Shown here: piece by piece, positions 63,034-64,000 of the stretch
Layout of the letters: every line of letters starts with the position of its first letter
How positions within the stretch are numbered: the stretch's first letter is position 1
Source of the DNA: Macrostomum lignano
Lineage: Eukaryota
DNA: 64,000 nucleotides
Direction: 5' to 3'
NCBI GenBank assembly: GCA_002269645.1
Contig: NIVC01001368.1
Coordinates: 124,001-188,000 of the forward strand
Notes under the pieces: model-generated
Database searches by the model: none
The model's input: the letters and a program-made list of their open reading frames with translations, nothing else
Told to the model about the DNA's origin: nothing
Translations under genes and position numbers: made by a program

Positions 63034-63085
63034 CACGCACACGCGTATCCTGCAGCGCATCCTGCAGCGCCGATCGCCGCAGGCG
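62639..63085. repeat. Direct-plus-inverted triplication with (CA)n/(TG)n arms and an (AAAT)n spacer
   Basis: 62639-62734 repeats at 62947-63048; 62767-62859 is the reverse complement of 62989-63085 and partly of 62681-62734. Confidence 0.92.
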
Positions 63086-63088
63086 AAG

Positions 63089-63661
63089 CCCAACCGTGTA
63101 GTGGCCTAGTATGGGCGCGACCTGAGTTCGATTTCGCTAGTTGAGATGCGGGTGAGAGAGGGGAAGAGGCTAGGTGGGGGGGGCAGGGTGTGAGGTATAG
63201 GGGGTCTGCGGGGTACGTATCGTTGACTACATATCGGGAGAGTGTACACCTGTATTGGGAGAGTGTACACCTGTATTGGGAGAGTGTACACCTGTATTGG
63301 GAGAGTGTACACCCGTACTGGGAGAGTGTACCTTTGGCTCGGGAGAGTGTACACTCGGGGCGCCTGCGGCATGGGCGTCTGCGGCATGGGGCGCCTGCGG
63401 CATGGGCGCCTGCTGCTCTGGAGGGTATGCATACATATCGGGAGGGTGTACATATCGGGGTACATATCGGTAGGGTGGGCATACATATCGGGGTACATAT
63501 CGGTAGGGTGCGCCTGTGGCTGGTCGGCGCTTGGCGCCGCGCGCCTGGATGGCGCTTGGCGCCACGCGCCTGCGGCGCGCGCGCGCCAGCCAATGAGAGG
63601 CGAGGAGGGTTGACACCCACCCCACCTCCAAAAAGGGGCGGATTTTGCAGTCCATAGTAGT
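63089..63661 (-). repeat. Right TIR (573 bp), uninterrupted
   Basis: cccaaccgtgtag ... gcagtccatagtagt; inverted match to the split left TIR. Confidence 0.96.
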
Positions 63662-63667
63662 TAAAAG

Positions 63668-64000
63668 TGGCTACCACATTTCAGTATTTTAAAGCTCCAT
63701 GGACCGCCTTCCTGAGAGAGGCGGTTAAATTCCCGGTTTCCTGCGTAGACCTTGCAGCCTTTTCAGGCATGAATCACGCTTGGATATGTCCCATATGCTT
63801 GGACCGAGGCAAATGAGATTTTCACCCCTAAGCCAGGCTGCCCGGACTATCATTCCATCACATCCATCAGACCGATCAGCCTTACCTCCTCCCTGGTCAA
63901 GCTGATGGAGAGACTGGTGCTCTGACGCCTTCTCTCTGTGGAGCTGAAGAACAAGCCTCTTAGCGAAAACCAGCATGCTTTTCGGGCGGATCGTTCAACC
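63668..64000 (+). mobile_element. Old Loa-like LINE RT fragment (right flank), degenerate, runs off the window
   Basis: VATTFQYFKAP, LGYVPYAW, FTPKPG, IRPISLTS, LMERLVL*RLLSVELK, NQHAFRA. Confidence 0.88.

Larger units (their letters stand above)
52515..63661. mobile_element. Long-TIR element, Polinton/Maverick-like, non-autonomous (~5.33 kb net of the nested LINE)
   Basis: Left TIR 52515-52591 + 58410-58903, right TIR 63089-63661 (~573 bp, near identical); termini ACTACTATGG...CCATAGTAGT; 6-bp TSD TAAGAG/TAAAAG (52509-52514, 63662-63667). The element itself is well supported; the Polinton class is an inference. Confidence 0.8.

Noticed and set aside
58103-63677. Long Pro/His/Cys-rich ORFs over the TIRs and CA/TG tracts
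   Set aside because: GC-rich sub-repeats open in several frames on both strands; mirror images of each other.

Overview
Eukaryotic animal genomic DNA: GT-AG introns, GC-rich exons, repeat-stuffed introns. An invertebrate such as a Macrostomum-like flatworm is my inference only. No prokaryotic features and no CRISPR. I rebuilt four host genes exon by exon with consistent phases: TMEM38/TRIC (minus, 6 exons, 303 aa); a GABA-B-like class C GPCR (plus, 14 exons, 745 aa once insertions are removed); an unrecognised signal peptide-FN2-coiled coil-TM protein (plus, 4 exons, 312 aa); and DLD (minus, 5 exons, 497 aa). GPCR exon 1 is split by an apparently intact 6.66-kb CMC (EnSpm/CACTA-type) transposon with a 2-bp TSD, a 766-aa transposase and a 7-exon BEN-like accessory gene; a Ty3/Gypsy element sits in intron 2. 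The last 13 kb is a nest. An old Loa-like LINE is split by a 5.3-kb (net) element with ~573-bp TIRs, ACTACT termini and a 6-bp TSD. That element is Polinton/Maverick-like but has no recognisable replication, integrase or capsid genes, only three small ORFs. A young full-length Loa-like LINE is inserted in its left TIR. Also present: RTE-like, BEL/Pao and Penelope relics, MITEs, a SINE and many minisatellites, three of which are built from splice-site sequence. All coordinates were counted by hand; boundaries of degenerate repeats are approximate.
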